NCBI RefSeq assembly: GCF_009914755.1
Contig: NC_060938.1
Source: the human T2T-CHM13v2.0 reference genome, Homo sapiens
DNA length: 64,000 bases
Strand: one strand, 5' to 3'
Shown here: positions 24,011 to 50,364 of the stretch, piece after piece
Position numbering within the stretch: position 1 is the stretch's first letter
Layout of the letters: each line of letters begins with the position of its first letter
Notes under the pieces: generated by a model
What the model was told of the DNA's origin: nothing
The model's input: only the letters and a program-made list of their open reading frames with translations
Database searches by the model: none
Translations under genes and position numbers: made by a program

Positions 24011-25085
24011 GGGTGCCAGTTCCAGATCACCATCCGTAGGCTCGCTGTCCTGGAAACCTTTCTTCCTCTTCATGAAGGCACCTTCCCTTCACTTTTGCTT
24101 CAAGTTTCCATTCCACAGAGGGACAGAAACTCAATCTCAGTCCATCCAGGATCCCATCCTTCAGTTCTGGGGGTTGTGGCAGCCAAGTCATGGGTGGTGT
24201 GGGTGGGGAATCTGGTCCCCTGTCACCTTGTCCATCTCCACTGGCATCTGCAGAGGCCATCTCACTCCAGGATGGTCCACATGGGGCACAGCGTGTCCCA
24301 CTCCACATCTAGCTTCCCTTCAGCTGCCTCCACACCCTGCTGCCTTGTAACTGCCAGGTGGTCTCAGGCCTCCTTCCCAAGCAGCCCCCAGCAGCTTTCT
24401 TGCTGTTCTCACTGAGCTGGACACCTCTCAGGAGCAAGAAGGAGCTATGCCCTTTGCTCCCAGAACCCCAAACCACCCTCAGTGTCTCTATCATCTTTGT
24501 CCAGTCCAGGGCAGCAGTCCCTGTTCAAGCACCTCACCTTCCTGCCTGTCCTCTGATTTCTCCCATCCCTGACCCCACCCTGGTCTGTGGAATATTCCCA
24601 GAGAAACTCTGGCTCTGATGTGTGCACTTCCCTCCACACCATCCCCGGCTCAGCTCTCAGCTCCGAGGCTGCCCCACAAGGTTATGCAGGTGTTTAGTGA
24701 GCCAGTGGGGGTGAAATTGGCACATTGCTTGTCCAGGCTTGGGCCTGCATACAAAGAGGTGGAGAGGCGCCTTTTCCTCATTTCCACAAAGGCATCTCTG
24801 AGCCACCATGGGCCTTGTGTGCTCACAAGCCTCTGGAAGGTCAAAAGCAAGGAGTTGGCTCTTGCTCTTCTGTGTCCTGTTGTAATAGTCCCCACTAAGA
24901 GCAATGGCAAGCTCCGGCCTAGCTGCCTGAATGAGGGGAGGTTTAGAGGGGAAATTACACTGGTTCATAAAGAAAATAGTAACCCCTTGCTTTGCTGGGA
25001 AGTCCCTCTGAAAGGGAAGGAATGATGGACCTTACCCCAGCACCCATGACCTGGGCCCCAAGAAGCTCACCAGTGACAATTTTGA

Positions 25086-26226
<1,141 letters not shown>

Positions 26227-26459
26227 CCACCACAGTTTTAATTCTGAAGATGCAGTATTAAGAGAGGAGGCTAAAGAAGCACACACTTGCTTAATTTTTC
26301 CTTCGTTATATGCTGGGGATGGCAGCAGCAGCTTGTGGCTGAGTTTCGGTGTTCTGCCTGACGGGTGACAGCTGAGCAGGCACTAGGTCCTTGCAAAACG
26401 CAGGATGCTGGGGAGGGTCTTCACCTTGCATGGTGTCCTGTCCCACACTGCTCCTCAGG

Positions 26460-26640
26460 TTGGGAGTGGTGGGGAGTTACTGTTTAATGTGTACAGAATT
26501 TCTCTTTGGGATGACAAAAATGTCTGGAAATGGATGGTGGTGATGGTCGTAGAGCTTTACAGATTTACTTAATGCCACTGAATTATACACTTCAAATGAT
26601 TAAAATGGTAAATTTTATTTATCTTTTGCCACAATTTTTT
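26460..26640 (+). mobile_element. Old L1M (L1MB/MC-like) 3' fragment
   Basis: GAGTTACTGTTTAATG..TACAGA, TGGTGATGG, AATGCCACTGAATT.TACACTT, AAAATGGTAAATTTTAT. Confidence 0.7.
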
Positions 26641-27324
26641 TTAAAACCTCAGTAAATAAAATGCAACTTAAGGCTTCTGCTTTTTGCTTTTCAGTAAAGG
26701 AAACTATTTTTTTTTTTAAGTCTGTCCCTTTTAAGCCTTTTACATTCCTCAAGTAAGGCTTACCCCCAGAATGGGGGTCAGGGATCGGTGCCGATGGGGC
26801 TAGAGCACCACCATCATTGCTACTGCTAATGACAATGGTGATAGCAACAACAGCCGTGATTGATTGCTCACTGTGCTAGCAGCTGTACCACATGGTCCCA
26901 TCTGTTCTTCACACAGCCCCAGGGGCAGGTACGCTCATGGGAACATAGCACAGGGTAGTTAACGGACTCATCCAAGGTCATGCAGCTGGGAGTGGCAGCA
27001 CCAGGATCCCTCCAGAACCAGAGCTCTTTCTCACCACCCACGTCAGTGCCAGCAAAGCCTCCCAAACTCCTCCAAAGCCACCTCGATAACAGGAGAGAGG
27101 TGTCCTTCACCAAGCCCGAGAGGGAGACTGCCAGGTGCCTGTGGAATAAGCCCTCTGGTCCAGATGAGGACTAGCAAGAGGAAGGGCTGTTTGCCTTCTT
27201 TAAAAAGATTACAATAATGACCGGTGTTTATTAAACACATACTATGTTCTACAATAGCGTTCTCCAGGCTGACGTCACCTATAGATCTCTAGCCCCACAG
27301 ATGCTCCACTGAAAAATAGTTTCA

Positions 27325-29062
<1,738 letters not shown>

Positions 29063-29117
29063 TGGCCGGACCTGACGGTTGTTCTAGGTTGTTCTAGGCG
29101 AGTGACCTAGGTCATTC

Positions 29118-29310
29118 TAGGGTGTCCAGTCTTTTGGCCTCCCTGGGCCACGTGGGAAGAATAAGAATCGTCTTGGGGCACATAAAATACACTAAAGACA
29201 GCTAATGAGCGGGGAAACACAAAATCACAAAAAATAAAATTAAATAAAAGCTTTAAGAAAGTTTACAATTTGTGTTGGGCCGCATGCGAGCCGCGAGTTA
29301 GACAAGCTTG
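29118..29310 (+). mobile_element. MER30 (hAT-Charlie MITE)
   Basis: GGGTGTCCAGTCTTTTGGCCTCCCTGGGCCAC...CATAAAATACACTAA...TTTAAGAAAGTTTACAATTTGTGTTGGGCCGCATGCG...GACAAGCTTG. Confidence 0.85.
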
Positions 29311-30040
29311 CTCTAGGTGGTTCCAGGCCTTCCTGCGTGCCCAGCTGGCGAGGCGGATGGAGGAGATTCTGCTGCTGCCTCTCCAGCAGTCCTGGGAGGA
29401 AAGGTCTCATGGAATTAAAGGAAACAGCTACGTTAATATCTGCCAGCGCCCGCTCGGAGCCGGGCCCAGCCCCACGTGCCAGGACAGCGGGCAGCTGCGG
29501 GCGCTGTGCGCTGGTGGGGACCTGAAAGCGTCCGGATGCGCTGGCCCCGCTGCTGCTGCGCGGGCGTCCCGGGCGGGCCCTTGGCAACCGGCTTTCTGCA
29601 CTGGACGCTGCCGCCCAGAGAGCTGCTCATCGACGTTTGGGAGAGAGGGAGGGAATGTTTTAGGATTCCCAGCCCTTCGGCACGGGGAAAATGGAAGGAG
29701 AGGACCCGGCCCATGCCCCTTGGTGGCTCAAAGGCTCTAGACACGGTCGGCCTCCGGGTTTGAACCCCTCCTCCGCCTCCTGTTATCTCTGAGACTTCAG
29801 CAAGCTACTGCCCTTTCCAAACCTGTTCCTGACCTTCGCATTGCAGAGTTAATCCATCTGGTGGATCTGGGGATGCTGGAGGAAGCCGTTAGAAGCCCCC
29901 GGCGCGTGGTGAGGACGCAGCCGGAGACGCAGGCCTCTCCCTCCAGCAGTGGGGCGTGCCCACAAGTCCCCCCTCTCCAGTGTATGCAACAGCCTAGTGT
30001 CTGACCAGGCTCCCATTCCACGACTCCGCAATTCCACGGC
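29310..30040. promoter_or_regulatory. Second intergenic CpG-rich island
   Basis: High GC and CpG density in non-repeat sequence; no recognisable protein. Confidence 0.5.
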
Positions 30041-30189
30041 CAGCACATCCCAGGATTCAGTTTCAGGGTTCTACCCCTTCCTGAGTCAGCTAAAGCGCAG
30101 CAGGGACATGCTCTGTCCGGGGAGAACGTGCTGGCCCAGGTCATCTGTCATCTGTCACACCAGTATCGACGCAAGAAAAGCATCAAGAC

Positions 30190-30480
30190 TTTTTTTTGTC
30201 TTTCTTTTTTTGAGACAGCGTCTCACTCTGTCGCCTGGGCTGGTGTGGTGTGATCAGGGTTCACTGCAGCCTCGACCTCCCGGTGCCCAAGCGATCCTCC
30301 CAGCTCAGCCTCCCAAGTGGCTGGGACCACAGGCCCATACCACCATGCCCAGCTTATTTTTCGTAGAGATGGGGTTTCACTTTGTTGCTCCGGCTGGTCT
30401 CCAGCTCCTGGTCTCAAGGGACCTTCCCTCCTCAGCCTCCCTAAGTGCTAGGATTACAGGCATGAGCCACCGTGCCTGGT
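30190..30480 (-). mobile_element. AluJ-type element
   Basis: Diverged reverse-complement Alu. Confidence 0.88.
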
Positions 30481-30499
30481 CCCTGCCCAAGCGTTTAAG

Positions 30500-31578
30500 C
30501 AAATTTAATTTTATTCAGAAGCCTTACTGAAGCCTGGAGGCTGAAGAATACAGGCCAGAAGTCTTTGAGAGAGGTACTGTCAGAGTGCTCCAGAACAGCA
30601 TTTCAGATCGCTTATATCCAGGTAGTGGAGGTTTAGTGCATGCAAAATCACATCAAAGTCTGGGTACAAGAGTACATCTGGTTGTAGGCCAGGCATGGTG
30701 GCTCATGCCTGTAATCCCAGCACTTTGAGAGGTTGAGGTGGGCAGATCACAAGGTCAGGAGTTTGAGACCAGCCTGGCCAACATGGTGAAACCCTGTCTC
30801 TACTAAACATACAAAAAGTAGGCTGGGCGCTGTGGCTCACGCCTGTAATCCCAGCACTTTGGGAGGCCGAGGTAGGCAGATCATAAGGTCAGGAGTTTGA
30901 GACCAGCCTGGCCAACATGGTAAAACCCCGTCTCCACTAAAAATATAAAAGTTAGCCGGGAGTGGTGGCGGGTGCCTGTAATCCCAGCTACTTGGGAGGC
31001 TGAGGCAGGAGAATCACTTGAAACCCAGAAGGTGGAGGCAGCAGTGAGCTGAGATCGCACCACTGCACTCTAGCCTGGGCAAAAGAGCGAAACTCCGTCT
31101 AAAAAAAAAATACAAAAATTAGCTGGGTGTGGTGGCTCATGCCTATAGTCCTAGCTACTCGGGAGGCTGAGGCAGGAGGATCGCTTGAACCCGGAGGTGA
31201 AAGTTGCAGTGAGCTGAGATTGTGCCACTGCACTCCAGCCTGAGTGACAGAGTGAGACTCCATCTCAAAAAAAAAAAAAAAAGAGAGAGAGTACATCTGG
31301 TTATAGATTGTAGATTTATAACCACATCAGGTTATAATCAGCACTAACCCCGTCATATGTTATCTTATGTACAGGAAAAGGCAAGGCTACGGCCATTTAT
31401 CTTTTAAGGAACATATTGACTCCAGCAAGACACGTGGGCTGTGTGCTCTGTCCTGTTTTGTCTTCAGAGCATCTTTCCAGAGAGCTACACGTGGTCACAG
31501 AGGCAGGGCTTTGTGAAATTACATTGACAAGCAGAACTGAGCACACATGGCTTCTTACGCTTGCTACTTTGCCTCACA
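30500..31578 (-). mobile_element. Probable LTR relic split by a nested Alu pair (30687-31283, +)
   Basis: Alu block bracketed by TSD AGAGTACATCTGGTT(G/A)TAG; the flanks join into MER4-group-like sequence ending TGCCTCACA. The LTR call is tentative. Confidence 0.5.
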
Positions 31579-32025
31579 CCGGTTACCCTGGCCCTCTGGT
31601 CCCACACTTCTCCTGGCCTCAATGGGTAGGAGGGCCTCTTTGGCCAGCCTGCCTGGGGTCTTGTCACCTGGGTGCCAGCTCCCACTTCCCCAGCATTGCT
31701 CTCTAGGGGCCGGTGGGCAGCAGGACCCCCTCACCTGCCTCTCCTCACCCCAGCCTGGAGAGTCTTCTTGTGGCTCTGTCACCTCCTGCTTCCCCAGCAT
31801 GCTTTGCCTACATGGGAGATTCTAACTTTCCCCTTTCTCCCCCATATGCCCTTTTACTCTCAAGGGCTAGGACTTTTGGGAAAAAAAAAAAAAAAAAAAA
31901 AAAAAAAGCCTGAAAGACCAATAGGCACCTTCTGCTTTCAGTCCTAGAACCACAGACCAAGCTAGGCTCCTGCACGAATGGGGAGGCAGAATGTGAAATG
32001 GAGGGAGAAAATCAGTCAATATAGG

Positions 32026-32622
32026 CAGTTCCAGCTTTGCATGGGTCCAATCTATATGGACAAGATTTCCTTACCACGGTTTAGTTCAATAACACCAGTT
32101 TCCCAGCCACACGGTTCAAGTACCAGTTACCATCGTAAATTACCTGTGAGTAATTGAATAAAGTACAAGCTTTGCTGCCAGCTCTTCAGTCCACAAATCA
32201 CTGCATCATAAATGACAGAAGCACGTCATGATCCATGGTCAATTACATCACTGGCCCACAGAGGTGAATGTGTGATAAAGAAATAAAATGTGATAGCCCT
32301 GGAGAGGACATTCCAATCAAATATAAGTGAGGTCATAGAGGAAACAGTTGCAGGAGAGAACATGGATGCTGCCACCAACGAGGGGCTCCAGCAGTGCAGC
32401 TAGAGGGGTTGAGTGAGGGCAGCCTGTCCACAGAAATAAGGAAACAGTTGAGATGAGAAGGATGATGATATCCTAGGGGGTGTGATACCAGCAAAAAAAT
32501 CTCACATGAAAGGAACTCTGGGAGATATTTTGAAACTCTGGAAGTGCAAAGGATAAAATGTTGGAAGCTACTCCAACTAGAAAGCAGCGTGGCAACTCAC
32601 CAGGGCCTGGAAGAAGATGCTC
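32026..32622 (+). mobile_element. Old Tigger-family DNA transposon relic (Tigger13-like)
   Basis: ACCACGGTTTAGTT.AATAACACCAG, GTGAGTAATTG.ATAAAGTACAA, GCTCTTCAGTCCACAAATCAC and GCAAAGGATAAAATGTTGGAAGCT; recalled family. Confidence 0.55.
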
Positions 32623-32628
32623 AGCCCA

Positions 32629-33935
<1,307 letters not shown>

Positions 33936-33959
33936 ATCCAAGGCTAGAGGGCGCTGGAG

Positions 33960-34325
33960 AGGGCGTGCTGATAGAACACAAACCAGCCTGAGGGCCAAGC
34001 CTTGGGCCCCTCCAACCTTCAGAGGTCGCGAAGAGCAGGATCCAGCAGAGGAGACTGAGAAGGAACCTTGGTGACGAGGAGGATCTGGAGAGTGCGGCCA
34101 CCAAAAGCCAGGTGAAGGTGGTGTTCAGAGAAGGAGGGAGTGCCGGCTGCATCAGTGTGTCCACGGGTCAAGCAAGATGAGGACTGAGAACTAGTCACTG
34201 GATTTGGCCACGCGGAAGTCACTGGTGACCTTGCCAAGAGTGCCTGCCCATGAATGTGGGGATGGGGTGGGAAAGGCAGTGCCCACATATGCTTATTCTC
34301 AAGGAGTTTTGCTGGAAAGGGCAGC
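33960..34325 (-). mobile_element. L2 fragment
   Basis: GTCAAGCAAGATGAGGACTGAGAA..CACTGGATTTGGC..GGAAGTCACTGGTGACCTTG and TCAAGGAGTTTTGCTG.AAAGGG. Confidence 0.7.
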
Positions 34326-35345
34326 AAAGCAGTGGAGAGGTGCTGGCAGTGGGCTACGGTAGGGCTTCCTTCTTTTCCTTTAAAGAAGGGATAGAATAGC
34401 TCAGACATCGGTGGAAAAAATCTAGGAGAGAGAGAGAACATCTGGGAGCGAGGGGAGAATTTCAGAGGTGATAACCCTGAGAGGAGATGGAGGCAGCACA
34501 CCCAGGGAGTAGTGGTCCTGGCTGGGGACACCGACAGCCTTTGGTAAGAGAAGGGGCCACACACTACCAGAGGGAAGGGCCAGGGCGGTGTCAGAGGTTT
34601 TGAGGGTCTGCAGGCAGCCTGGGTTAATCCAGGGGTCAGGAGAGCCAGGTGGGAATTGTCTGCCCAGGTAGAGACAAGATTCACTAACATCTTCCCCATG
34701 GGCAGTGGGGTGCATGCTGGCATTTTCATTGTCATTACTTGTTCTGTGACCCTGGACAAGCAAGCCAGGTGACCTTGGGCAGGTGAGCCTGCTGTCACCA
34801 GGATGGATGGGCAGCAGGCTGGGGAGGTGGGTCCCCTACAAGCAGAAGAAAATTCCATGCGACACATCCTTTGCTGCCACTAGACGGCGCCAAGAGACCG
34901 TTCCGTTCTCACCACGCGCTTCAAACTCCAACCTGCTGGGGTCGAAGCCTCCAGGAACCAGATCTGGTTCAAGCCTCACCCTGAGGCTCATTTGACAAGG
35001 AATCAAGACAGAAAGGGGGTGGATCCTGGAATGAGCTTCCTCAGAAAGCGTCCTGCAGCCCTGCGAACCTGTGAAGTCCCAGCCTTGCCCTCCAGCAGCA
35101 CCCTGACAGCCCCAGAGATGTGGCCAGGAAGGTCTTGATCCACAGTGCACCCCGTGTCCCCACGGCCACCGCCAGCGCCCCTTCCTCGGGGTAAGGCATT
35201 AGTTTCACACCCACCAACCAAGTGCACGCTTTGGTCCAGGCCCCGCTGGTGCTGAGAATCCCGAGAAGCTTAGACCTCCCTGCTCTCACAAGTGGGGATG
35301 AATGAATGAACGAATGAGCCCAAGATGGAAATTCTTTTTCTTTAA

Positions 35346-35348
<3 letters not shown>

Positions 35349-35385
<37 letters not shown>

Positions 35386-35514
35386 TAGAGACGGGGTCTC
35401 ACTCTCTTGCACAGGCTGGAGTGCAGTAGTGAGATCACAGCTCACTGCAGCCTCGACCTCCACCTCAACCTTTTGAGTAGCTGGGAACAAGGGTGTGCAC
35501 CACCACACCTGGCC
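35349..35514 (-). mobile_element. Partial Alu with (ATT)n microsatellite tail
   Basis: About 12 ATT units followed by an Alu right-arm reverse complement. Confidence 0.88.
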
Positions 35515-37899
35515 AAATGTGGAATTTCCAGGGAGTGGAGGGGAGATCCTGGGCACAGAGCCTGAAAGGGCTGGGGCAGCAGGGGTTCCTCTGAGGGGGT
35601 TGGTCCTGCCCGAAGGTTGTGAGAGGGAGAGGAAGGATGGTATGAAACTGGGCACCCGACTTGAGACTTGGACTTAAGGAGACATTGTTAAGAGAAGGGT
35701 GGGAATGAATGGGATCTCATCATGGATTTCCAATAGGATACAAGCGCCCTACCAGCCACTATCATCCCACATCAACCTAGAACGAATTCTCTCTCCAGCT
35801 TGCCCTGCCCCCTGCCCTGCCCAGAGTCTGTCCAAGCAGACTCTACCACAGACAGGAGAAAGCTGAGGCAGCAGAACAAGAGACGGGAGAGGCCAGGTTT
35901 GGGTGAGGGGCCCTACCCCCACCAGGGTCAGCTTGGGGTGTGCTGGAGCCAGAGTCCTGTGCCAGGAGGCAGAAGGGGCACCTTGAAAGAAGCTCCCCAC
36001 ACCCTTCAACCCTGGCACAGCCCAGCCAGCCACCCAGGTAATGCACTTAAAGTGCTCAGCACCCAGTCAGCGTTGACCACTCTTCTCGTTATATATTAAA
36101 TACAACAAACATCTTTCAAGAACAAAAAGCAAGCATGTTTGGTCCATTCATGAATCCTTGTACACTGATTGTTCGGGTTCTTTCAGTTCCCATCCACTTA
36201 GAAATAACAAACATGTTTCATTTTGAGCCTATCCTACAGGGCCGCAAATCCGGAGCCTGCAGTTTGTTCTCTTGGCCTGGGGCCAGGTTGCAGATGTTTG
36301 AGTCCCTTGGATCCCTGAGTGGCTGCGTCTCCCAGTCTGGTGCTGACTCATGGTGCAGCCAGCATGCAGCCTGCCCATCGGCCAGGTCCCTGCAGGTTTC
36401 TGAGTCTCAGATGGTGGATGGCCTATTCAGAGTTCACAGATCTGCACCTAATAGACTTTCCTCTTTGTCCCTCTTTCTACCCCTAAAGTACATGTGAGGG
36501 GAAACCCTCTGCATGGTGCCTAGCACGCAGTGAACACTCAGCGTTCGCTGTCAGTGGTGTGTTATTATTATTCATTACCATTAGGATCCTTGCACAAACT
36601 CATCGCAGTTGCCTATTTATTTTTTCCAGGAAGATTACTCGGAACTGCTTAGGCACATCACACCAGGGCGGACTGATGGAGAGCAGGAAGATGGGGTATT
36701 CATCTGTCCCCTCTTCCACATGCTCCTTAAAGACAAGAATCATCTGATTAGTCTCCGTGTTCCAGCAACCCCCTGGGACCCAGCAACCGGTAATTAGGCA
36801 AGGAATAAGCTTATTGTATGTTTCACAGTTTTTCAAAGATGATTTGGGAGAATCAAATCATACCATCATCATTCCACCAATCAGGACTCGGCACTCTGAC
36901 AGTGCACTTTGATGTTTAAAAAAAACAAAAAAACCAAAAAAAAAAAAAACGCCATTGGCTTCCCTCTCTCCACCCAACTTAAGAAAGAAGTTATGAATGT
37001 GAACTTTCAAAGGCCAATTACTACCCCTTAGAAGAACCTACCATCTCTAAACTACAAAGATGGGCAGCCTGGATTCTATTATTTTTATTATTTTACAAAA
37101 TTCTTAATTTTTAAATACACATAGATATAGGGTCTCGCTAGGTTGACCAGGCTGGTCTTGGAACTTCTGGCCTCAAGCAATCCTCCCATCTCAGCCTCTC
37201 AAAATGCTAGGATTACAGGTGTGAGCCACCGCACCCAGCTGGGCAGCCTGGATTCTGGCTCTTATGTAGTCATGGTGTAGGGGAGGAGGTCGTGGTGGGT
37301 CCGAACTAGGGGGAAACTTGGTGGGCAGGCAACCCAGCCCCTGCCTTGTACGGACCCAGATACTGAGGCCCACAGAATGACAGTGCCAGCTCTAGGGGGC
37401 TGGAGGAGAGCCATTGCTGGAGGTAGCTGTTCTCAGTAGGTCTCCCTCTTGGTCCTCACAGCGTCCTCGGGGACAATGATTTTTGTCATTAGGAACCAGA
37501 TCCCATCACAGCTTGGCTTTACGTACAGTGAAGGTGTCATTCCTGGCTTAACCTTACACTGCCCCGAAGGCCCCCTCCCCAGCTGTCCGTTTCCAGCCTG
37601 GCAATGGGACTCTCTGAGCACGCCCCTCATCTCCTCCCCCTCTGAAAAGTATCCTCAATCTCCCGGTCTATATCTAATAACACATCTGTCGTGCCTATAT
37701 TTTGGTACCTGATACGTAGTCATTCATTCATTCAATGAGAGAACATTTAATGAGAGGTTAAGGGGCTTAGAACAACGCCGGGCACAGGCTAAGCGCTCAC
37801 TAAACGTTAGCTCTCGCCAATAACATCACTGATTCACTATAAAGTTTCTCTGGCTGTGTGCTATTCGCTGCGTCCACAGCAGTGAAGAAGACAGACGCA

Positions 37900-39269
<1,370 letters not shown>

Positions 39270-41159
39270 TGATTTCACCCAAGGTCACCAGCTAATCTTA
39301 GTCCTGAGACTAGACTCAGTGTCTCAGCTCCCCATCCACTGCTTGTTTTCACTGATCATACCTCATATTTGTTTAATGCTTCGATGATGTTAATGATAAC
39401 CCTGTAATATTTGAGTCTAATTTTACAGATTAAAAAAAAAAAAAAAGATTCAGGTTAGGCACCTAGTAGGGGGAAGAGGCTAGAGTTAGCGTGTTCCAGC
39501 TGTCTCCTCAAATAATGATCGCCCACCAGCAAGGTTACATTCATCTAAGTCTGGGGCTTGCCTGCAGGCAGGCTTTCTCATGGATTCATTACAACCACTT
39601 TGTAGCCCATTACAACCACTTTGGGTGTGGCGTGTCCATCTAAGAACCTAAGGATGATGTCCAAGGTTAGCCTCTAGGGATTGGAGATTGTCTAAAAATA
39701 TTTGCCAACAAGCTTCTTAAAATTTCAAAAAACTGTATGGTTCTCTCAGTGAGAGACCCTGTACTGTCTGCCCCATCCTTAACACACACTGTGTTTCTGA
39801 TGGTTTGTTTCTTTCAAAGGCTATTCTTACTCAGAAGATGCTTCCCTGTAGCCTTGGTTTCCTGCCAGAGATTAGCAGGGTGTAAAAGAATATTTTTTTC
39901 TTATATCCACGTGGAATGTTCAAGGCAAATAAACCATTTGAGCATATTTAGAGTATTAATGTTTTTGAGGGTTGTTTACTGTGATGTTTGGGATTATGTA
40001 TTCCTAAGTGGAAGCCACAAAAGTTAAAAAAAAAAAATTTATCTACTCTTTTTTTTTTCCAAAAAACATATAGTCATTGTAGAAAATGTACTATACAGCT
40101 AAAGTAAAAATCACTGGGAATTGTTTGACCCAGATATAATCACTGTCAGCATTTTTGGTTTATGTCTTTGTGGTCATTTTTCAATGCATATTCGTCATTT
40201 TATTAAAATACATTTTAATCTGCATTTTTAAAGTTAATTGTATTTTGAGTAGCTTGACCATTGCTAATCCTTGATATTTTTATTGCATAGTTTATGTATT
40301 AGAATCAGTGATTTTATTTTTTTTACCTTGTGTCACTCTTTTTATGAAAAAAAATTTAAGTTTTATACTTTGCTTCTAGAGTGATCACCAGTAATTCGCT
40401 TTTTCCAGGCATCTTAAAATTGGACGTTGCTAAAATTATTGGGGTGGGGGGACTATGTTTATGTAGTACAATATCTACTACAAATTCTCTCTGTTGTCTT
40501 ATGAGTACCTTTTTTTCTTTCAGCAAAACAAATATGCAGGTATCCAAATCTTGGCTCCATAATGACTTGCACTTTTGAAAGTTGACTAAGGAATGAGACT
40601 ATCTAAAATTGAAATCCTACCTCATTTCTGTATTTATAACAATCCTTGAAGTATTTCTACCAATTCAACCTGTCTATAATTTATTTTTCACTTACAAAAA
40701 CCTAAGGAAAGATTTTTAAATTAATCCAGTTTTATGATAGATGGTCTGTTTGTCTTATTAGCAGCCTGGCTACACTAGGACACCTTAGATATAAGTAGAG
40801 ACCCAGGACTTTTGGTAGGAGGGCTTTCTTCTTGGTGGCTTTTATGAGTTAGCTTTGGCATTTGTACATTTAATCAAATATGTGCATCCAGTAGTTAATT
40901 ACAGTGAAAAGATAGGCATGCATTAATGTAGACAACAGAGCTGAATTATTTAAACTGAATAAAGATCACCAACAATGAAGTCATGTAATTTAATGAACAG
41001 TAGAAATTACTTTTATTTATTTTATTCCTTCCACTTTTTTTGTGGAAGTATCCAAACACTTGTAATTGAATATAGAAACATTTTTATGTGAAACTATATA
41101 TATTTTTTATTTGTTTGTTTGTTTTAGCTACCCCAGCTAGCCATAAACTTTTGTTGTTA

Positions 41160-42477
<1,318 letters not shown>

Positions 42478-42509
42478 GAGGATTTAATTCTAAAGGATGA
42501 AGAAATGTA

Positions 42510-43280
<771 letters not shown>

Positions 43281-44079
43281 CTGCACTCAGTGGTATCCGC
43301 ACTTCAGCGAGGCTGTTAACTGCCCCATGCTGTCACACTGTGGGACACACCATCTGCAGCAAGATAAATTTGAATGTGCAGTGTAGCATAGTAAACGAAA
43401 TTTATGTACAGCAAAGGGAAAACAGTTATCACTTCTTTTTAAAAACTAAACATGGATGAAAATTGCGTGTCAGCATCGGAGCATGTCAGATTGGGAGCAG
43501 CAAGAGAGATTTAGCCCAGCCCTCATCTTTCATGAATGAGGAAACCAAAACCCTAGGATTTTAAGACCCAGTTGGGAAAAGGATGTTCTAAGGAGGGTTC
43601 TGAAACCTAAAAACTCATCTCTGCAGTGCCTTGGTATCTGTTATTTATTTTGAGTTAGTAGTAACTTGAAAAGTACCAAGTCTTAAGTTCCTTTAGTGTT
43701 AATAACTTAGTAGATTTTTAAAAATTCTTTCTCTTTTCTTTTCGGGAAATACCAAAATGAGCTCCAGTTTACGTTAAATATAAGTATTATATGGGGTTTC
43801 ATGCTCTCTTCATATTCCTAATGATGTTACAATGGAAATCTTCAGGTGGAGGAGAATACTCCGACTTTCTCACCGTGTTCTGAGCCTTGTACCAGAGCAG
43901 GGAGTGGTTGTGGGAAAGAAGTCATGGCCCCTCAGGAGGATGAAAGGGTGGACATGCAGGTGACAAGAGAAAGCGCCAGAGACAAGAAAGGGGAAAACTA
44001 AAGCGGGAAAAAAAGGGAGGCCGTGTATAATAGTGATTGACCACCAGAATAATAATAATGTGGTATTAGTATGTTTGGT

Positions 44080-48446
<4,367 letters not shown>

Positions 48447-49319
48447 TCCGTAAGCTTTTGAAAGTGACTACTGTGTGCATGTTGTATTGCGTGGAATCTA
48501 GCGTGGTCTCTGCCTTCCAAGAGCTCACAGCCGGGGAGGAAGATACATTCATAAGTCAAACCCAGAACAGACTCAGATAAGTGGTGTGGCGCAGCAGAGG
48601 GCAAGGCTAGACGAATGCTTCTCAGTGACCCTTGGGATGTTTCTTGATACTTTTCTTGATTGGGGTTTGTCTTGGGCCTGGCCTTGATGAAAACTGGCCA
48701 TGCTACATTGTGGTGAGGAGCCTGGACTTCGGAATCACAAACTTCTGAATTCTCACATTGTTGCTTCCCACCCAAGTATCTGTGGGCAAGTTACTGATAT
48801 TCTTTATGGAGAAAACAAGGATAATAATAGTCACACCAACCCCATAGGGTTAAATGTATGATAGCTGTAAAGTGCTTAGTAAAATGCCTATCACACAGGT
48901 GTTGCTGAGTGAACGGCTGAGCAGAATATTCTTGAGAGCAGGGGTGGAAAGTGACTTCTGTGTTTGAAGCACAATGAATGAGCTTCCTGGGATGGGATGC
49001 TGAGAACTTGGCCATAGCCAGCAGCGGCTAGCACTGCCCACCGCCAGGCCCTGTTCCAGTGCTTTCATGCACCAACTCAGTTATCCTTGCAGAAGCCCTG
49101 GCATGCTCACGCTACCCCACTTCACAGACAACCGCCTTGCCCAAAGTCACACAGCAAAGTCAGGAGTGAGGAAAAAAACGGATAGGAAGGGAAAAATAGT
49201 GCCAAGTCATGTAGGTGTCGATATGTCAGGCTGGGAGTAGGGAGAAAATAGTCATTGTCTAAGCAGTTGATAAATAAGAAATTGGAAATGTTGATATTAA
49301 TTTGATATATTTATTATGA

Positions 49320-49415
<96 letters not shown>

Positions 49416-49467
49416 TGAGTAGTACAAATATTACCATTATCTCAGGTTATAAATTTGTGAGAATTAA

Positions 49468-50237
<770 letters not shown>

Positions 50238-50364
50238 TCAAATTAGGAAGTTTTCCAATTCAATATAAATTCTAAAATACTGTCCTTTTAGTTGCCATAT
50301 CATGGCATCTATCTTCTGTTTGAGCTGTAATATATGTAACATGTCTGATGCTACTCTCAGGTTA

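Noticed and set aside
31881-31907. Solo poly(A) tract with no Alu body
   Set aside because: No convincing TSD or upstream element; cannot be distinguished from simple expansion.
33942-33958. CTCF-like GGCTAGAGGGCGCTGG
   Set aside because: Lacks the 5' CC of the core motif; a partial match is not supportable without ChIP data.
34019-34867. 282-aa minus-strand ORF
   Set aside because: No recognisable domain, overlaps an L2 relic, and composition looks random.
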